NCBI RefSeq assembly: GCF_009914755.1
Contig: NC_060928.1
DNA from: the human T2T-CHM13v2.0 reference genome, Homo sapiens
Reading direction: 5' to 3' (one strand)
Length of the DNA stretch: 64,000 bases
Shown here: in pieces, positions 54,076-64,000 of the stretch
How the letters are laid out: the number at the start of each line of letters is the position of its first letter
Numbering within the stretch: position 1 is the first letter of the stretch
Program-made: the position numbers and the translations under genes
The notes under the pieces: model-generated
Database searches by the model: none
What the model was told of the DNA's origin: nothing
Seen by the model: only the letters and a program-made list of their open reading frames with translations

Positions 54076-57000
54076 GGGAAGTGGCTAAGATGGCCGACTG
54101 AAAGCAGCTAGCGTGCATGGCTCTCACGGAGAGAGACGAAAGGGGCAAGGGAACACAGCACCTTCAACTGAAACATCCATATACTTGCGTTAGGACTAAT
54201 CAAGAAAACAACTTGACCCATGGAGAATGGAGAAAAGCAAGGCAGGATGATCATCCACCAGGCAGCAATACGGAACCAAGGGGACCTCCCCTGCCCTAGG
54301 AAGTGGTGAGTGAATGTGCAACCCTGGGAACCCACACTAGTCCCACTGATCTTTGCAACTCTCGGGTCAGGAGCCCGCCGACATGAACCCACTCCACTAA
54401 GGCCTTCAATCTGAGTGGAGTCTTGGCAGAACAGCCACTCAGGCACACGTAGAGACCCAGGAGCTTTAGATACTCTGGCTGTCTGGCAAAAGTAGCTGCA
54501 ACTCCAGCAAAGTGGGAGTTTAGACCCCGTGCATACCCCTAGAAAAGAGTTTGAATTTAGGGGGATGAGCAGTGATAGTTTGCAGGCCCCGCTTCCACGG
54601 TGCCTCACAGGATAAGACTTAAAATTCCAGCCAGGCACTGGTAGCAGCATTGCACCTCCCTGGGACATGGCTAGACTAACTTTTTAAGTGGGTCCTCAAT
54701 CTTGTTCCTACTGACTGGGTGAGAATTCTGAACAGGGGTGTTTAGCCAGCATTCTGGCTGGCAACAGGCCTGTACTTTCCTGGGACAGAGCTGCCAGAGG
54801 GAGGTGCAGGCTGCCATCTTTGCTGTTTGGCAGCCTTCACTGGTGTTACTTCCAGGTACTGGAAAATCCGAGTTGACTAGGGACTGAAGTGGACCCCCAG
54901 CATACTGCAGCTGCCCTACAGAAAAGTGGACAGAATTTTAAATGGGTGCCCATTCCCATATTTCCCAACTGAATAGTTCCTCCAGGCCTGAGCCTCTAGC
55001 CACCCCCTACTAAAGCTACTGAGCCAGTAGCAGCTCAGCAACTCCCTGGACAGACCCTCCAGGGGCAACTGAAAGACACTCTAATGCTGCCTCTACAATT
55101 GAACTGCCCTTGCCACCTTTTGACTAATGAAGGAGCAAATACCCTGAGTGCCTTATCCACACTTCCAACAAGCTGCAGTCAACCCAAGGAGAGGAAGACA
55201 GTCTGTCTCCCATGGGTCCCACATATCCCCCACTGCTTATCACCAGACAGGGAACCCCTAGCTTGCTTTTACAGCACAGACCCTACATCCAGGGATAATT
55301 GCACTAAGCAGTTGCTAACTCACATCTCTCTGGTGTGGAGCAACCAATAGACAAGCAAAGTGGGTTAGCAGCAAGCCAGCTGATGTGGAGCCCACAGAGT
55401 TTGGTGCAGGAGCATCTGTAGCAGAGCATGTCCAGGGCCAGCCATCTTTCTAAGCCCGACTTGCTCCCATAAGAGACTTAGCCCTAGGAAATTGTCAGAC
55501 CTGATCTCTGCAGGGCAGTCTTGCACATCAGATGGGACTGGTCAGACCTGAGCACTCCTTGGTGTGCTGGCCTCTCCTGGGAACCCAGCCTAGTCTCATG
55601 CGCTTACAGGGCAGTTGTGGGTTCCCTGAGGGCCCATACCATAGCTTCTGTGCTGGTGCATTGTGCCTGACTGGTGGAGATCTCCACTGAGGCGGCTCCT
55701 ACACTCACACACCAGCCCACATATTTTCTCCCCATACTGCAGCTTCCCCCATGTGCAGCAACTCTGCACATCAATTTGCTGGTACATGTCTGCACAGAAA
55801 ATTTTTGCTTCACTTGCCAGCACACAGGAGTGCAGCACATCCCCTACCCCCACTGACCACCATTGCAGACTGACCCTTGGTGGGTTCAGAGTCAGCAAGC
55901 CCCACATCTGCCAGCACCCCGCTCTTGCACTAACGCTGTGCAAAGAACAGGAGATCTTCCCACACCCTGAGTGATGGCTTCTGCCTGCAGGGCACAGAGA
56001 AGGCACCTAGACCTGAGCTGGCCAGCAGCCTGCTCCAAATAATGAAATTAAGGCAAAAATTCACGAAGTTATTTGACACTAATGAGAACAAAACTACAAC
56101 ATACTAGAATCTCTGGGACACAGCCGAGGCAGCATTAAGAGGGAAATTTATAGCACTAAATGCCCACAAAAAGTTAAAAAGATCTCAAGTTAACAACCTA
56201 ACATCACATCTGAAAGAATGAGAGAACCAAGAGCAAACAAATTGCAAAGCCAGCAGAAGACAAAAGAATACCCAAAATCAGAGCTAAATTGAAGAAGACT
56301 GAGACACAACATATCATTCAAATTCAGGAGCTGTTTTTTGAAAAAATTAATAAAATGGGTAGTTTGCTAGGTAGACTAATAAGTAAGAAAATAGAGAAGA
56401 TTCAAATAAACAGAATCAAAAATGACAAGGAAGATATTACCACTCACCTCAAAGAAATACAAACAACCATCAGAGAACATTATGAATAATATTATGAATA
56501 TTATTTCCAGTTTATATTATGCACATAAACCAAAAAAAATCTAGAAGATGTGATAAATTCTTGGACACATACACCCTCCCAAGACTGAACCAGGAAGAAT
56601 TTGAATCCCTAACCAGACCAATAAAGAGCTCTGAAATTTAGTCAGTCATAAATAGCCTACCAAGAAAGAAAAAGCACAGAACCAAATGGATTCATAGCTG
56701 AATTATAACAGATGCACAAAGAAGAGCTGGTTCCATTCCTACTGAAACTTTTCAAAAAAAAATTTAAGAGGAAGGACTCCTCCCTTACACATTTTATGAG
56801 GCCAGCGTCATTTTGATACCAAAACCTGGCAGAGATATAACAAGAAGAGAAAACTTCAGGCCAACATGTTTGATGAACATCAATACAAAAATCTTCTGTA
56901 AAATACTGGCAAAATGAATCCAGAAGCACATCAAAAAGCTTATCCACCACAATCAAGTAGGCTTCATCCCCAGGATGCAAGGTTGGTTCAACATATGCTA

Positions 57001-59352
57001 ATCAATAAATGTGATTCATCACATAAATATAACTAAAAAGAAAATATTACATGATTATCTCAATAGGTGCAGAAAAAGCTTTAAATAAAATTCAACATAT
57101 CTTCATGTGAAAAACTCTGAATAAACTAGGTAATGAAGAAACATACCTCAAATAATAAGAGCCATATGTGACAAACCCACAGCCAATATTATGCTGAATG
57201 GGCAAAAGCTGGAAGCATTCCCCTTGACAACTGGCACAAAAAAAAGAGTGTTCTTTCTCACCACTCCTATTCAACATAGTATTGGAAGTTCTGGCAATAG
57301 AAAGAAATAAAGAACATCCAAATAGGAAGAGAGGAAGTCAAACTATATTTGTTTGCAGATGGCATAATCCTACATCTAGAAAACCATCACATAGTCTCAG
57401 CCTAAAAGCTTCGTAAGCTGATAAACAACTTCAGGAAAGTTTCAGGATACAAAATCAATGTGCAAAAGTCACTAGTATTTCTATACACCAAATAAAGTCA
57501 AGCTGAGAGCCAAACCAGGAAGAAACTCATTCACTATTACCACAAAAAAATGAAATACCTAGGAATACAGCTAACTAGATAGGTAAAAGATCTCTACAAG
57601 AAGAACATCAAACCATGCTCAAAGAAAGCAGGGATGACAAAAACAAGTAAAAAACATCCATTCTCATGGATGGGAAGAATAAATTTCATGAAAATGGCCA
57701 TATTGCAACAAGTAATTTATAGATTCAGTGCGATTTCTATTAGACTACCATTGACATTCTTCACAAAACTAGAGAAAACTATTTTAAAATCCATGTGGAA
57801 CCAAAAGAGAGCCTGAATAGCCAAGACAATCCTAAGCAAAAAGAACAAAGCTGGAGGCATTATACTACATGACTTCAAACTATACTACAAGGGTACAGTA
57901 ACCAAAACAGCATGGTACTAGTACAAGAACAGATACATAGACCAATGCAACATAATAAAGAACCCAGAAATAAGAACACACACCTACAACCATTTGATCT
58001 TTGACAAACCTGCAAAAAACAAGCAATGGGGAAAGAATTCCCTATTTAATAAATGGTGCTGTGATAACTGGCTAGACATATGCAGAAGATTAAAACTGGA
58101 CTCCTTCTTTACAATCTATGCAGAAATTAACTCAGGATGGATTAAAGATTTAAATGCAAAAGCCAAAATTATAAAAACCCTGAAAGACAACCTAGGCAAT
58201 ACCATTCAGAACATAGGCATGGTCAGAAGTTTCATGATGAAGATGCCAGAGCAATTGCAAAAAAAGAAAAAATTGACAGATGCGATATAACTAAACTTAA
58301 GAGCTTCTGCACAGCAAAAGAAACTATCAACAGAGTGCACAGACAACCTACAGAATAGGAGAAAATTTTTGCAAACTGTGCATCAGACAAAGGTCTAATA
58401 TCCAGCATCTATAAGGAACTCAAACAAACTTACAAGAAAAAAAAAACCCTATTTAAAAGTGGGCAAAGGATATAAACAGACACTTCAAGAGTAGACATAC
58501 ATGTGGCCAATAATCACATGAAAACAAGTTCAACATCACTGGTCATTAGAGAAATGCAAATTAAAACCATAATGAGATACAATCTCACACCAGTCAGAAT
58601 GGCTATTAATAAAAAGTAAAACAACAACAACAACAACAACAAAACAGAGCTGGCGAGGTTGTGGAGAAAAAGGAATGTTTATACACTGCTTTGGGAAATG
58701 TAAATTATTTCAATTATTGTGAAACACAGAGTGGCGATTCCTCAAACACATAAAGACAGAAAAACCTTTATGCCAGACAGAAATACTTCAAAGACATAAA
58801 GACAGAAATATTTATTTGACCCAGAACCCCCATTACTGGGTTTAGACCCAAGGGAATATAAATCATTCTATTATAAAAATGCATGCATGTGTATGTTTGT
58901 GCAACACTATTCACAATAGCAAAGAAAATGGATCAACCTAAATGCCCATCAATGGTAGACTGCATTAAGAAAACGTTGTACATACATACCATGGAATCCT
59001 ATGCAGCCAATAAAAAGAATCAGATCATTTACTTTGGAGGGACAGTTGGAGCTGGAGGCCATTATCTTTAGCAAACTAAGGAATAGAATACCAAATACCA
59101 CATGTGCTCACTTATAAATGAGCGCTAAATGTGAGAGAACACGTGGGCACATAGATGGGAAAACACTCTGGGGCCTATGGGAGGGTAAAAGGTGGGAGGG
59201 GGAGAGGATCATGAAAAACAACTGATGAGTACTAGGCTTAATACCTGGGTGGTGAAATAATCTGCACAACAGACCCTCATGACACAAGTTTACCTGCGTA
59301 ACAAACCTGCACATGTACCCCTCAACTTAAATAAATGTTAAAAAAAAAAAAA
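54076..59352 (+). mobile_element. L1PA13-16-like LINE-1 with long 5'UTR joined directly to mid-ORF2 (ORF1 and EN region absent)
   Basis: 5' end aagatggccgac with YY1 core; GC-rich UTR to about 56036; then aaataatgaaattaaggc (ORF2 after EN), decayed ORF2, 3'UTR and poly(A). Confidence 0.88.
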
Positions 59353-59802
59353 GTAAACTCAACTGTAAAAAAATTAAAATTAAAAAAAAGTGTAAATGTG
59401 ATTGCCTTTTGACTTTTAAAATGATGCATGCCAATGAAAATAAACGTTATTTTCAAGGCTAGGATGTTAATGTCCTAAGATTATCAAGTTGCAACCTACT
59501 TCTAAGAGATCACTGAAGAAAGTATAAAATGATATACAGTTATTTTTAAAAGTTGTCAAATAAGTGGTATGGTTAGCTCCAAGAGTTCTAAAGCAAACAT
59601 AAAAATACATTTTTACATCAAATATATTTATTTCTATCTGCACATACTTAAAATTTAATGTACTAGCAACCATTGTATATCAAATTTGAAAGTTTACTAA
59701 TTTACATGTGGACTAACATGAGAAAAATTTTATTTTAAAAAAAGTCAGGAAAAGAAGAATTGAATGGGAGGAAGGGAAGATGAGAATTTAAAAAGACTAC
59801 CA

Positions 59803-64000
<4,198 letters not shown>

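Noticed and set aside
54108-56006. Several 100-186 aa ORFs
   Set aside because: Chance frames in the GC-rich L1 5'UTR

Overview
AT-rich primate (human-like) genomic DNA with no supportable host protein-coding gene, RNA gene, CRISPR array or prokaryotic system. Most of the window is interspersed repeats: old L1M/L2/MIR remnants; about ten Alu elements or monomers; solo LTRs (MST, THE1, MER61-like, LTR12, MER4-like, LTR1/MER52-like, MER66-like, MLT1); a degenerate ERVL-like provirus remnant; a full-length decayed L1PA7/8-like element; an older L1 lacking ORF1 and the endonuclease region; and a young 5'-inverted L1PA running off the right edge. Long ORFs in the track are L1 fragments or chance ORFs in repeats. 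I did not find a convincing new biological system. The most unusual signal is a set of templated-insertion and template-switch scars: a 147-bp inverted copy inside THE1, a 38-bp copy from 4.2 kb away inside a microsatellite, a patchwork insertion at 21.0 kb and two perfect hairpins. There are also two mechanistically informative Alu chimeras. Subfamily names come from recalled consensus sequences and need RepeatMasker/Dfam confirmation.
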